Below are positions 8,724-17,624 of a stretch of DNA of 22,632 nucleotides, piece by piece. Source of the DNA: an uncultured Bdellovibrio sp. (GTDB lineage Bacteria; Bdellovibrionota; Bdellovibrionia; Bdellovibrionales; Bdellovibrionaceae). The DNA lies in NCBI GenBank assembly GCA_963932905.1, contig CAWVRN010000043.1, positions 1 through 22,632 on the forward strand, in the 5' to 3' direction. The translations under genes were made by a program, and so were the position numbers. Within the stretch, counting starts at the first letter, position 1. Every line of letters begins with the position of its first letter. The notes under the pieces were generated by a model that was not told where the DNA came from, searched no databases, and saw nothing but the letters and a program-made list of their open reading frames with translations.

Positions 8724-9491
8724 TTACTGAATAACGAATAAAATGATTGCGCCTAAAATAATTCTATAAACACCGAAATGTTTAAACCCGTATCGGCTAA
8801 CTAGTTTGATAAATGTTTTTATGGCAACAATGGCAATTAGAAAAGACAAAACGCAGCCTATCAGTAGCGTTGTGATTTGGTCGGTAGTGATCGTGGGAAG
8901 AATTTTGTAGGACTTATATAGGGTCGCTGCCGCGATAGTTGGCACAGCTAGAAAAAATGAAAACTCAGCGGCTGCTTTTTTGTTATATTTCATGGCTAAC
9001 CCACCAATGATAGTTGCGCCAGATCGGGAAACGCCAGGAACCAATGCCAAACATTGGAACAGTCCTAAATATAGACTCTCTTTATAGTTTAATTTGTCCA
9101 GGGACTTTCCCTCAGTGGCGGTATTTTTAAAAATATAATCGGATGCGATTAGCGCTATACCGCCAATAATTAATGACCATGCCACAATTAAGATACTGCC
9201 CAACCATTCGTTTACAAAATTTCTAAGGGCAAATCCAATAACCGCCGCGGGCAGAAAGGCCACGAGCAAATTTTTGTAGAATTGCAACGAAGACAAAAAT
9301 GTTTTCCAGTAAACGACGAGCACAGAAAAAATCGCACCGAATTGAATGATGACTTCGAAACTTTTGATGAACAGATCATTTTCTTTCGCCAAATAATGAG
9401 AATAAATAATTAAATGTCCTGTAGAAGAAACAGGCAAAAATTCGGTGAGACCTTCAATCAACGAGTAAAAAAATATTTCCCAAATAGTCAT
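8724..9491 (-). CDS. uppP: Undecaprenyl-diphosphate phosphatase
   Basis: EGLTEFLPVSSTGHL, IQFGAI, PGVSRSGATI and AAEFSFFLAVP signature motifs of BacA/UppP. Confidence 0.96.
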   Translation of the reverse strand: MTIWEIFFYSLIEGLTEFLPVSSTGHLIIYSHYLAKENDLFIKSFEVIIQFGAIFSVLVVYWKTFLSSLQFYKNLLVAFLPAAVIGFALRNFVNEWLGSILIVAWSLIIGGIALIASDYIFKNTATEGKSLDKLNYKESLYLGLFQCLALVPGVSRSGATIIGGLAMKYNKKAAAEFSFFLAVPTIAAATLYKSYKILPTITTDQITTLLIGCVLSFLIAIVAIKTFIKLVSRYGFKHFGVYRIILGAIILFVIQ

Positions 9492-9708
9492 AATGTCCCC
9501 ACGCTCACAGCTTGCGCGTAGCAGCGAAAAACTGATGTTCGCGACAAGTTGAAAATAGTTACGTCAATGCATCACAATTACAGCTAGTTATTAAAAATTC
9601 AAGCAACTCAAGTTCAGAGTCAATTTGAGTATAACCAGTTGGTATTGTCATTGCTTAATCGATCTTTGAATCATCAGAAATATATCTGATTAAATCAAGG
9701 GGGAAAAA

Positions 9709-10317
9709 ATGAAAATGACAAATCTACTATTAGCGGCAGTGACTGCACTTCTAGTTTCTGAAGCCACAATGGCTCAATCAGGTATCCGTTTAGGAACTCC
9801 ACAGTATGGTGGTAACGGATGTCCGGCAGGAACAGCCAGCGTAACACTTAGCCCGAGCGAAGATGCGATTAGTATCTTATTTGATGCTTTCTCGGCGTCA
9901 GCAGGTAGCAGTTCTGGTAAACGTGTGGATAGAAAGTCGTGTAACCTTTCTATTCCTGTAACTATTCCGCAAGGATATAGCGTATCAGTTATTCAAACTG
10001 ACTATCGCGGTTTTAACTATGTTCCGGGTTCAGGTGCTTACACTCGTTTGAACACTGAGTATTTCTGGGCTGGTATCCGTGGTCCTATGTTTTCTAAATT
10101 ATTCACAGGCCCACAAAACAAAGATTTCACGACATCAAATGGAATCATTGCAGAAAGCCTAGTTTGGACTCCATGTGGAGCGAGCATCAATATGCGTGTC
10201 AATTCAAGCATCATGGCTCAATCTAACTATAGAATGGATCAAACAGACATCATGGTTGACTCTGCTGACATTACTGCCGGTCTGGTTTACCACTTACAAT
10301 GGCGTCGTTGTAACTAG
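9709..10317 (+). CDS. Secreted DUF4360 domain protein
   Basis: Signal peptide. YGGNGCPAGT...ILFD...RKSCNL...PQGYS...DYRG...WTPCG, and C-terminal WRRC. Confidence 0.88.
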   Translation: MKMTNLLLAAVTALLVSEATMAQSGIRLGTPQYGGNGCPAGTASVTLSPSEDAISILFDAFSASAGSSSGKRVDRKSCNLSIPVTIPQGYSVSVIQTDYRGFNYVPGSGAYTRLNTEYFWAGIRGPMFSKLFTGPQNKDFTTSNGIIAESLVWTPCGASINMRVNSSIMAQSNYRMDQTDIMVDSADITAGLVYHLQWRRCN

Positions 10318-10334
10318 TAGTTACTCATAAAACT

Positions 10335-10369
10335 AACAGCGCCGAAGTTCCGGCGCTGTTTGGCTTTTT
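10335..10369. terminator. Intrinsic terminator between convergent genes
   Basis: AACAGCGCCG-aagttc-CGGCGCTGTT perfect 10-bp stem followed by TGGCTTTTT. Confidence 0.8.
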
Positions 10370-10372
10370 ACT

Positions 10373-10804
10373 TTAGTAAGTTTCGCCTTTTTTAAGGCGA
10401 TCGCGGAATTCTGCGGAGAGTGCACTAGCTTGATATCCAAAAGTTAAGGCTTTTTGTACTGTTTCTATTAAATCGAACGGCTGAATCGGTTTGTTTAAAT
10501 AGTCAAAGTGACTATAAGCCACAGCTTCACATAAATTTCTATTATCTAAAGAACCAGTCAGCATAACTACAGGAATTTTAAATTCATTCAGTTCTAGAAA
10601 TTTAAGTAATTCAAGTCCTGTCATTTCGGGCATATTGATATCGGTGATTACCAAGTCCGGGCTGTTTTTTGAAATTTGGTCGAGGGCGAGTTTGCCATTG
10701 GCAAATGTTAAAATATCTAGCTTCAAAGAAGATAAGATATCCACAACAGTATCTAATATCCACTGGTCGTCATCACATACAAAGACGGTTTTTGGTCGAG
10801 ACAT
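10373..10804 (-). CDS. Single-domain response regulator (receiver only)
   Basis: VFVCDDD, PDLVITDINMPEMTG (phosphoacceptor D), MLTG and YLNKP motifs, with no output domain. ATG at 10804 follows AAGGGG; the ORF track extends to 10852. Confidence 0.92.
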   Translation of the reverse strand: MSRPKTVFVCDDDQWILDTVVDILSSLKLDILTFANGKLALDQISKNSPDLVITDINMPEMTGLELLKFLELNEFKIPVVMLTGSLDNRNLCEAVAYSHFDYLNKPIQPFDLIETVQKALTFGYQASALSAEFRDRLKKGETY

Positions 10805-11019
10805 TCCCATTCCCCTTATACAACATCGTAGCGAATGTTCTTTCGGCAACAAAAGTGAAATATTAAACAGTTTCTTTACAACTATGTCTCATATCAATAC
10901 GTTCAGTGTATGTTTTGCTGAATCGAACAATCAAGTACTCCAGTTTGATACAAAGCTGAATCAACTGAATCAATTTAGTCCTTTGTACCTCAAGAAAAAC
11001 GGAAACAAAATTCTTTAAT

Positions 11020-11037
11020 GGTAAGTAAATACTTACC
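11020..11037. promoter_or_regulatory. Perfect 8-2-8 palindrome (candidate operator) upstream of the histidine kinase
   Basis: GGTAAGTA-AA-TACTTACC, ending 43 nt before the ATG at 11081. Confidence 0.5.
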
Positions 11038-11080
11038 GATATGTTTAGTGGCGGGGGAGTTCACCGTTGATGGAGACCAA

Positions 11081-12478
11081 ATGCAATCATTTATCATGAC
11101 AACGTTTGTAATTATTATGGCGTTTTCACTGATCAATCTATTAATTAGTCTCTCTATATATGCATCCTCTCGACGCCCACTCTACGCTCGCACTGGTTTA
11201 TTCTGGTTTACTCTTATTATTAACTTTTTTATTCAATCTCAGGCTCAAGAAGGCGAATTTTTAATTATTTTAGGTGTGGGTTTTTCTCTTGTCCCATTGA
11301 ACTTTCTGGCCTATGCGTGCTTATTTTTTTCCGGTGTTGCTTATCCAGGTCGGATACTTGTGCCTCTTTCAATTTTCTCTTTAATAGTGACACTTGCATT
11401 AAAAGATTTGCCCATTTCCTTTACCCTGAAAGCGCTTCCATTCTCTATAGCGACGGCCGTTCCGTTGCTTTATACTGTTTATATTTATTTGTTTAAAAAA
11501 CGTGAACGTACTACGAAGCTTATGTATGTAAACGCCGTGGTTTTATCATTGGTTTCTGTTCATTGTTTTAATTTTGCATTTTTTAGAATGGAGCCTGAGG
11601 CGCAGCTTTGGGGTTGGCCCGTCGCGTATGGACTATACCAAATTCTAGCTATGCTGATACCGGCTATGACATTAGAGTTCTACCATGATGAAGAACAGAG
11701 TCGGTTAAAGATGGAAGTTGAGAAGCGTACTAAAGAACTTGAAATTAAGAATCAAGATTTAAATACCCTAGCGAAAGAAAATCAAATGCTACTGAATATT
11801 TTGGTTCATGATATTTCAAATCCAATTCAGGTCATTATGGGGTTTGGAAATAAACTGAGTCCACAAAACCTCCCACAAGATATGCATAAAGGTCACGATA
11901 GATTTAAACGGGCTTTGGAGTCGATGTATGAAACTCTGAGAACAGTCCGAGAATATCACGGAGCTAAATTAGGAAAAATTATTCCGACATTGAAGATCGT
12001 TTCGATCGTTGAGCCAATAATGGAATGTATTTCTTTATACGAAGACAAGATTGAAGAAAAAAAAATTAAGCTAATTTTAGATAAAGAAAATGGAAAAAAT
12101 ATTCTATTGAAGACCGATGCTTCCTGGATAAAAAATCAAATATTCGCTAATATTATTTCTAATGCAATTAAATTCTCCCCCGTGGGCGGAGTGATCTTGA
12201 TTACATTTAGTAAAATGGACGAGTCGGTAAAAATCCGAGTACGCGACCACGGTGTCGGTATATCAAGCGAATTGAAGGAGTATATTTTTTCTGCCACAAA
12301 AGCGACGACTAAGCTTGGAACATCCGGCGAAAAGGGAATTGGATTGGGTATGCCGATTGTTAAAGAATATGTGGATCGTTTGGGAGGAAAAATAGAAATA
12401 TTGAATTTGGAGCCCGGAGAAAAAGGAACATGCTTCGAACTCGAGTTCAAAATCTATGAAGAAAGCAAAGCTGCCTGA
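11081..12478 (+). CDS. Membrane sensor histidine kinase (~7 TM input, HisKA, HATPase_c)
   Basis: About seven hydrophobic segments and a coiled-coil linker. H-box LVHDISNPI, N-box NIISNAIKFS, G1 DHGVGI, G2 GIGLGM. ATG at 11081 follows GGAGA; the ORF track starts at 11018. Confidence 0.93.
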   Translation: MQSFIMTTFVIIMAFSLINLLISLSIYASSRRPLYARTGLFWFTLIINFFIQSQAQEGEFLIILGVGFSLVPLNFLAYACLFFSGVAYPGRILVPLSIFSLIVTLALKDLPISFTLKALPFSIATAVPLLYTVYIYLFKKRERTTKLMYVNAVVLSLVSVHCFNFAFFRMEPEAQLWGWPVAYGLYQILAMLIPAMTLEFYHDEEQSRLKMEVEKRTKELEIKNQDLNTLAKENQMLLNILVHDISNPIQVIMGFGNKLSPQNLPQDMHKGHDRFKRALESMYETLRTVREYHGAKLGKIIPTLKIVSIVEPIMECISLYEDKIEEKKIKLILDKENGKNILLKTDASWIKNQIFANIISNAIKFSPVGGVILITFSKMDESVKIRVRDHGVGISSELKEYIFSATKATTKLGTSGEKGIGLGMPIVKEYVDRLGGKIEILNLEPGEKGTCFELEFKIYEESKAA

Positions 12479-13164
12479 GCCGGAGTTTGTTTTGCTTCTT
12501 TCATCTTTTTCCAGAGTTTTTTCGTAGCCTCTACTACACCTGGTAGCGGACTTAGCTGCGAGGAATCCCGAGTCAAATAACAGAAATCCACGGGCACATT
12601 ATATGCGTTAGTTTCTGAAATTTTAATGGCGCCATGCCTGTAGAAGCTTTGAAAGAAACTCTTGTCTTTTCTGATATACCCAATCAGGTTTTCTAGTCCA
12701 CTCTCCCAAAAGCGCATCATAGCTAACGAAAATAATAAGTCCGGTATTGGAATATCGGTATCTTTAGTTCGCCAGTTTTCGTGAACGGTCATGTATGTTA
12801 AAACCATGACTTCCTTAAAGTTGTTATTTCTAAGGTGCTCAATCGTTTCTTTCGGATAATTTTTGAAATACGAATGACCAACTATTGAGTCTCTAGAAAT
12901 ATCAAAACGATTTGCAAAGAAAAGGGCCACTGGTTCTTGATCTGAAAAAAGTGCTATTACTTCTCGATCTAAAAAATCATCTGCTGATAGGATACCGTTT
13001 TTATCGACACCTAAACTAGAAAAAGTGGCTGACCAGCTTTTATGCCAAAAGTAAAAGGCTTTTTCGCAAAGGTCTAAATGTTCTGGCATGGGATTGCGAG
13101 TGTTAATTAAATGAAGAGATAGATTAGATGTTTCTTTTATAGAAGATATTTTATTTGTTTCCAT
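12454..13164 (-). CDS. Hypothetical protein, probable GNAT-fold acyltransferase (LuxI/FeeM-like architecture)
   Basis: ATG at 13164 follows AAGGAGG. EVMVLTYMTVHENWR resembles GNAT beta4/motif A, followed by a helix, LIGYIR and FYRHGA (GNAT motif-B-like). Its 3' end overlaps the kinase 3' end by 25 bp. Confidence 0.6.
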   Translation of the reverse strand: METNKISSIKETSNLSLHLINTRNPMPEHLDLCEKAFYFWHKSWSATFSSLGVDKNGILSADDFLDREVIALFSDQEPVALFFANRFDISRDSIVGHSYFKNYPKETIEHLRNNNFKEVMVLTYMTVHENWRTKDTDIPIPDLLFSLAMMRFWESGLENLIGYIRKDKSFFQSFYRHGAIKISETNAYNVPVDFCYLTRDSSQLSPLPGVVEATKKLWKKMKEAKQTPAQAALLSS

Positions 13165-13215
13165 CAGGCCTCCTTCGTTCATCTTGGTAGTCACGATTTA
13201 TAATTTAACTCTTAT

Positions 13216-13854
13216 TCATGCGTTTAAATCTGGACCAATTGTAGTTTGAACGGAATCAGCGCATGCGTTGATCATATGCGCATAGGATTTAGCGGTCTGA
13301 ATGACATTAGCCATGATAATCTCTTGAAGCTCAGGTGATAGCTGGCTTGTTAATGCGATCGCTTTTTCGGTATGATCGGGATCTTCTTCTGCATGTACCT
13401 TTAAAAACAGGCTCGCTTTTTCTCCATGAGCTTCTTTTACGGCTTCATAAAACTTAGGTAGATAGACCGATGAAAAATACTCAAGCGCAATAATATATCC
13501 CATTAGTGATAGTGGACTTTCATGTAAAATCTTATAGTATTGAGGTTCCCACAATGCTTTCGTTTCAGGCAAATGAACAAATTCATTTGGTGTCATTCCC
13601 AGTTCTTTTAGATCGCGTTCTGCTAATACTTCATGGGCGTTTTCTTCCGCGATATGCTTGATAAAACGTCTAAAATGAGGTTCCTCACTTTTTTTCAATA
13701 GCCCGGCGGCAAAAGAAAGTAGACGCGTTGAATGACAAACATAGTAGTATGATTGGGCTAAGAAATTTCCGTAAATTTTTGGATTTTTAATATCCATTTT
13801 TTGTACGGCTTTTCCCATTAATGCAATTGGCAATTGATAATATTCTGCGGTCAT
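13216..13854 (-). CDS. Heme-oxygenase-like diiron enzyme (iron-containing redox enzyme; CADD/PqqC/TenA superfamily)
   Basis: All-helical. HIAEENAHE, ALEYF and LKVHAEEDPDH supply an E,H,E,H,D,H ligand set as in CADD. AAGGAG RBS. Confidence 0.85.
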   Translation of the reverse strand: MTAEYYQLPIALMGKAVQKMDIKNPKIYGNFLAQSYYYVCHSTRLLSFAAGLLKKSEEPHFRRFIKHIAEENAHEVLAERDLKELGMTPNEFVHLPETKALWEPQYYKILHESPLSLMGYIIALEYFSSVYLPKFYEAVKEAHGEKASLFLKVHAEEDPDHTEKAIALTSQLSPELQEIIMANVIQTAKSYAHMINACADSVQTTIGPDLNA

Positions 13855-13921
13855 GCGATCTCCTTGAATAAATGCTTAATGAATGATTCAGAAAGATAAT
13901 ATTTCGAAACTGCAATTTTAC

Positions 13922-13941
13922 ACGTCAAGATTTCTTGACGT
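13922..13941. promoter_or_regulatory. 20-bp palindromic operator upstream of the diiron enzyme/acyltransferase operon
   Basis: ACGTCAAGA-TT-TCTTGACGT. A minus-strand TATTAT (-10-like) at 13901-13896 places its centre at about -42.5. Confidence 0.6.
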
Positions 13942-13969
13942 TAATAAATCTACTTACATTAGATAGACT

Positions 13970-14560
13970 TTAGATTGTCGGTTTTTTAGTTTTTTGGAAC
14001 CACCACATTTCGATGGCTAAATATACGACCGCGGACACGGTTAGTCCGACACCTTTAAGCAAAGCCCAATTGACAGTGGTCCAGTCGTAGGCGGCCCACA
14101 CGGCTAGAATACTGTGGGCAAGAAAGAAAATTCCTAAACGAAATGTGATGCTAGAGAAAAAATCCAGCATGTGGGGTGGAGTGTTAGGATTTTGTTTGAG
14201 CGCCATTTCGCGCAAGAAAGGTTTTTTAAAAAAAAGAGATCCCCAAAGAACGATAACCATCAACAATTCGGCCAATGCGGGTTGAAGTTTAAACCAGATG
14301 CCGTCATTCATATATAAAGACACGCAACCAAGACCGATAACCATGGCATTCACAGTCCAAGTCATCGTGCTGACTTTTTTATACATTATTTTTTCAGTAA
14401 TAATTTCGACGACGCCTAATATTAAACCGGCAATTAGTCCCCAGTAGGTGCCGTAAGTTTCCTCTACGATCGTGTAAACAACCAGCGGAAGAAGGCCGGA
14501 TAATAAAACGAGCTTGTTACTTGGCGATGGTGACGGGGGCCGCTGACTATGGGAGTTCAA
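13970..14560 (-). CDS. yciB: Intracellular septation protein A family (YciB/IspZ) inner-membrane protein
   Basis: LPLVVY..., GCVSLYMNDGIWFKLQPAL, KKPFL and W...KGVG motifs, with 5 TM segments. Confidence 0.8.
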   Translation of the reverse strand: MNSHSQRPPSPSPSNKLVLLSGLLPLVVYTIVEETYGTYWGLIAGLILGVVEIITEKIMYKKVSTMTWTVNAMVIGLGCVSLYMNDGIWFKLQPALAELLMVIVLWGSLFFKKPFLREMALKQNPNTPPHMLDFFSSITFRLGIFFLAHSILAVWAAYDWTTVNWALLKGVGLTVSAVVYLAIEMWWFQKTKKPTI

Positions 14561-15899
14561 AATTAACGCCTTCTCCTGAACTTGGTGTTATGATTTGATC
14601 GTCAGTCATACACACGCGTCCATTTAGAATGACCATCGTTGGCCAACCCGTAACTGTTTTCCCGTCAAAGACAGTCCATTGTGATTTGGAAGCAATCCAC
14701 TTGTTTGTTATTTGAACTTGTTTTTTCATGTCAACCAATGTGAAATCAGCGTCCATTCCTACTTGAATGCGGCCTTTGTTTTTCAATTTAAAAATATCAC
14801 GCACGTTTTCCGACATCATTTGAGTTAGTTTTTCTAAACTCAAGCGGCCATTGTTTACGTGGTCTAGCATGATAGGCAAAATTGTTTGAACGCCAGTCAT
14901 GCCACTAGGGGTGTTGGGATAGCCACGATTTTTTTCTTCCGCAGTATGAGGTGCATGATCAGATCCAATGACATCGACAACATTATCTGTGATGGCTTTC
15001 CACAAGGCATCTTGATGAAATTTTTCACGGATAGGAGGGTTTTGCTGAGCAAATGTTCCCCAACGTTCATAACACTCGGGTGCCGACAAAGTTAAGTGTT
15101 GTGGTAGCACTTCGACAGTAGCAAAATTTTTGTGCTGGGCTAACAAAGCCATTTCCTGCGCCGTTGTAACGTGAAGCACATGAATCGGGTGATTTGTTTT
15201 TTTCGCTAGGTTGATAATTCTTTGCGTGGCTAAGAACGCGGATTCGGCATCACGCCAATTTGGATGATCTTTTGGATCAGTCGAATTGGCGAAAAGTTTT
15301 TTTCTGTCTTTTAAGCGGTATTCATCTTCACAATGGAAAATCACGCGACGTTTGGTGTTGTTTAATATTTTTTCTAAATGACTATCGTCTTCAACAAGCA
15401 AAGTTCCAGTGGAGCTGCCCATGAAAACTTTGACACCAGAACAGTGAGGCAAACGTTCTAGTTCCGACAAACTTTGAAAGTTGTCTGGGCTGCCGCCAAT
15501 GAAAAACGCATAGTGTGTGTGGCATCGGTTTTTAGCACGGTCTAGTTTTTGTTCAAATGCATCTTGTGTTGTCGTCGAGGGCGACGTGTTCGGCATTTCA
15601 AAAATGCAGGTTACGCCACCAAGTAAGGCCCCGCGAGTTCCAGACTCAAGATCCTCTTTATGGGTCAATCCTGGTTCGCGGAAATGGACTTGTGAGTCGA
15701 TAATGCCGGGTAGCAAATGTAAGTTGTTTGCATCGATAATTTGCTTGGCAGTCGCGGATATTAAAGATCCTATTTCAGCTATTTTTCCATCTTTGACAGC
15801 CACGTCTAACGATTCTGTTTTTAATGTCGTTCTATGTCTTAAGTCGAGGTTTTCTGGAATTAAGGCTTTTGCATTTTTAATAATCAAATCGTAGTTCAT
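14547..15899 (-). CDS. pyrC: Dihydroorotase (class I, amidohydrolase superfamily)
   Basis: PGIIDSQVHFREPG, GGVTCIFEMPNT, KVFMGSSTG, FHCED, HVLHVTT, EVLPQHL, NPPIR, IGSDHAPH and KGRIQVGMDAD motifs. Confidence 0.92.
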   Translation of the reverse strand: MNYDLIIKNAKALIPENLDLRHRTTLKTESLDVAVKDGKIAEIGSLISATAKQIIDANNLHLLPGIIDSQVHFREPGLTHKEDLESGTRGALLGGVTCIFEMPNTSPSTTTQDAFEQKLDRAKNRCHTHYAFFIGGSPDNFQSLSELERLPHCSGVKVFMGSSTGTLLVEDDSHLEKILNNTKRRVIFHCEDEYRLKDRKKLFANSTDPKDHPNWRDAESAFLATQRIINLAKKTNHPIHVLHVTTAQEMALLAQHKNFATVEVLPQHLTLSAPECYERWGTFAQQNPPIREKFHQDALWKAITDNVVDVIGSDHAPHTAEEKNRGYPNTPSGMTGVQTILPIMLDHVNNGRLSLEKLTQMMSENVRDIFKLKNKGRIQVGMDADFTLVDMKKQVQITNKWIASKSQWTVFDGKTVTGWPTMVILNGRVCMTDDQIITPSSGEGVNFELP

Positions 15900-15985
15900 G
15901 AAAGGATACTACCGCCTGGATGGTCTAGGGTCTAGCTACGAGAGCTTCTTGACGAGGGTCGTTGTTATTCGCGAGAATATAGGGA

Positions 15986-16927
15986 GTGAACTTTGAAAAT
16001 TTTTTGCAATTTTGGTCAGTCTACAATCGACAAATTATCGAATTTGTTTTCGTTTCTACGTTTGTTTTGATTTTGTTCGTTATCTATCGGCAGTTCTTTT
16101 CCAAAACAGAAACTGTTGGTGGCGGTGATGTGCATGCGACTCCAGTCAGCATTGACACCTCAGAAATAGAAGAAAAGCTCAAAAAAATTCTAGAAAACCA
16201 AGGCGCGTTTAAAGCTGTCTCTGCGGATACTCTTGCGACGGCAGGTGCTACTACGACAGCGGCAACACCAGGTGCAATGGTGGACACACGCGAGTTAGAG
16301 AAATTGCGTAGCGAGATTAAAGAAAAAGAAAAAGCAATTGAAGAAATGAAGAAGGCCGCCACGGCGGTTCCTGCGGGCACAGGTGTAGTGGCAACGGTCG
16401 ATACAAAAAAGTTTGAAGATAAAATTAAAGAACTTGAAGGTCGTTTGCAGGAATATGAAATCATCAGTGAAGATATTGCTGATTTATCATTTTACAAAGA
16501 AGAAAACGCTCGTTTGCAAAAAGAGCTGAGTAGCAAAGGTTCTGCTTCGACAACATCTGAACCCACACCCGCGCCAGTAGCTCCGGTACAGGCGGCACCT
16601 GAGCCGCCGCCGGTGGTTGCGACGCCGCCACCGGCAGAAACACCAGTGCCTGTTACGACACCAGAGCCGACTCCTGCAGTCGCTGCAGCCGCGCCTGGGG
16701 CTATTGATTCTGTTATTGACGATGATATTTTAAAAGAGTTCGCCGCGGCCGTTGAGGGGCAAAAGGCTGCAGAAAAGCCCAAGAATGTCGCTGCCGAAGC
16801 GGTTTCTACCGTCGTCGAGCCAGCAGCACCGCCGACGGGCGAGCCTGCCCAACCCGTTGATCCTCAGAAACTAAATGAGTCAAAAGAGTTGATGGGCGAG
16901 TTTGAAAATTTCATAAAAAAAGGATAG
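15986..16927 (+). CDS. Membrane-anchored coiled-coil protein with Pro/Ala/Thr-rich linker
   Basis: GTG start after GGGA. One N-terminal TM helix, coiled coils (KIKELEGRLQEYEIISEDIADL), and a Pro-rich region PEPPPVVATPPP. Confidence 0.85.
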   Translation: MNFENFLQFWSVYNRQIIEFVFVSTFVLILFVIYRQFFSKTETVGGGDVHATPVSIDTSEIEEKLKKILENQGAFKAVSADTLATAGATTTAATPGAMVDTRELEKLRSEIKEKEKAIEEMKKAATAVPAGTGVVATVDTKKFEDKIKELEGRLQEYEIISEDIADLSFYKEENARLQKELSSKGSASTTSEPTPAPVAPVQAAPEPPPVVATPPPAETPVPVTTPEPTPAVAAAAPGAIDSVIDDDILKEFAAAVEGQKAAEKPKNVAAEAVSTVVEPAAPPTGEPAQPVDPQKLNESKELMGEFENFIKKG

Positions 16928-16934
16928 ATCCTTC

Positions 16935-17624
16935 ATGATGACTAAATTTATTGTTTTATGTCTGGTATTGGCTTCGATGACATTTGCCGCCGTTCCTGCG
17001 AAACCGACAGCTAAATCAGCAATTAGTTTGGATGCGGAAATGGAGATTCTGGCTTTGCCACTGAGCAATCAAAAACGACTATTGAAATCGGATACTAAAA
17101 CACTCGAGCGTTTGATGATGGTGGCTCAAGATACAAATCTATCACTCGACATACGCTGGAAATCCATCATGGCTTTGGGCTTTTTAGAAAGTAGCAGTCC
17201 GAATCCAGGCTATATGACTTTACAAACCTCGAAAGAATGGTTTGTAAAAAACGGATTGTTAATTGCCATGGATGAAAACAATCATCCGCAGCGCTTTGCC
17301 GTCGCAAAAAAGATGGTAAAAGATCCGTCATTGATCGTTCGTTCGCAAGCGTTCGATATTTTGATGCAAGAGCCACATAACCGCGATCTTTTATGGGAAG
17401 AATTATTTAGTGCTCAGAATATTAAAAAGAAGAGGTCATTGTGGGTTCGTCCCAAAATTATTGCCTACATGAATAAAAATCCTAAGTCTTATGAGAGATC
17501 ATTTTTCGAAAAACTAGCTAAAGAAAGTGAGCCAGAAATCACTAAATTAGCAGAACAAGGTTTAAATAAAATTAGAATGATGGGCTCAAACAAGCCAGTA
17601 GAGCCAGCTACAAAGGCGTACTAA
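16935..17624 (+). CDS. Exported HEAT-repeat-like helical protein
   Basis: Signal peptide. HEAT-like units IRWKSIMALG, EWFVKNGLL and KDPSLIVRSQA. Confidence 0.7.
   Translation: MMTKFIVLCLVLASMTFAAVPAKPTAKSAISLDAEMEILALPLSNQKRLLKSDTKTLERLMMVAQDTNLSLDIRWKSIMALGFLESSSPNPGYMTLQTSKEWFVKNGLLIAMDENNHPQRFAVAKKMVKDPSLIVRSQAFDILMQEPHNRDLLWEELFSAQNIKKKRSLWVRPKIIAYMNKNPKSYERSFFEKLAKESEPEITKLAEQGLNKIRMMGSNKPVEPATKAY

Noticed and set aside
10635..11018. 127-aa plus-strand ORF
   Set aside because: It is largely antisense to the well-supported response regulator, has no recognisable motifs, and has no clear RBS.
13922..13941. Palindrome as the intrinsic terminator of pyrC-yciB
   Set aside because: The loop is minimal and no U-tract follows on the minus strand. 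An operator role fits better, though termination is not excluded.
16084..16782. Minus-strand ORFs 16084-16464 and 16492-16782, and similar short antisense ORFs across the window
   Set aside because: These are shadow frames of real genes with low-complexity mirror composition.
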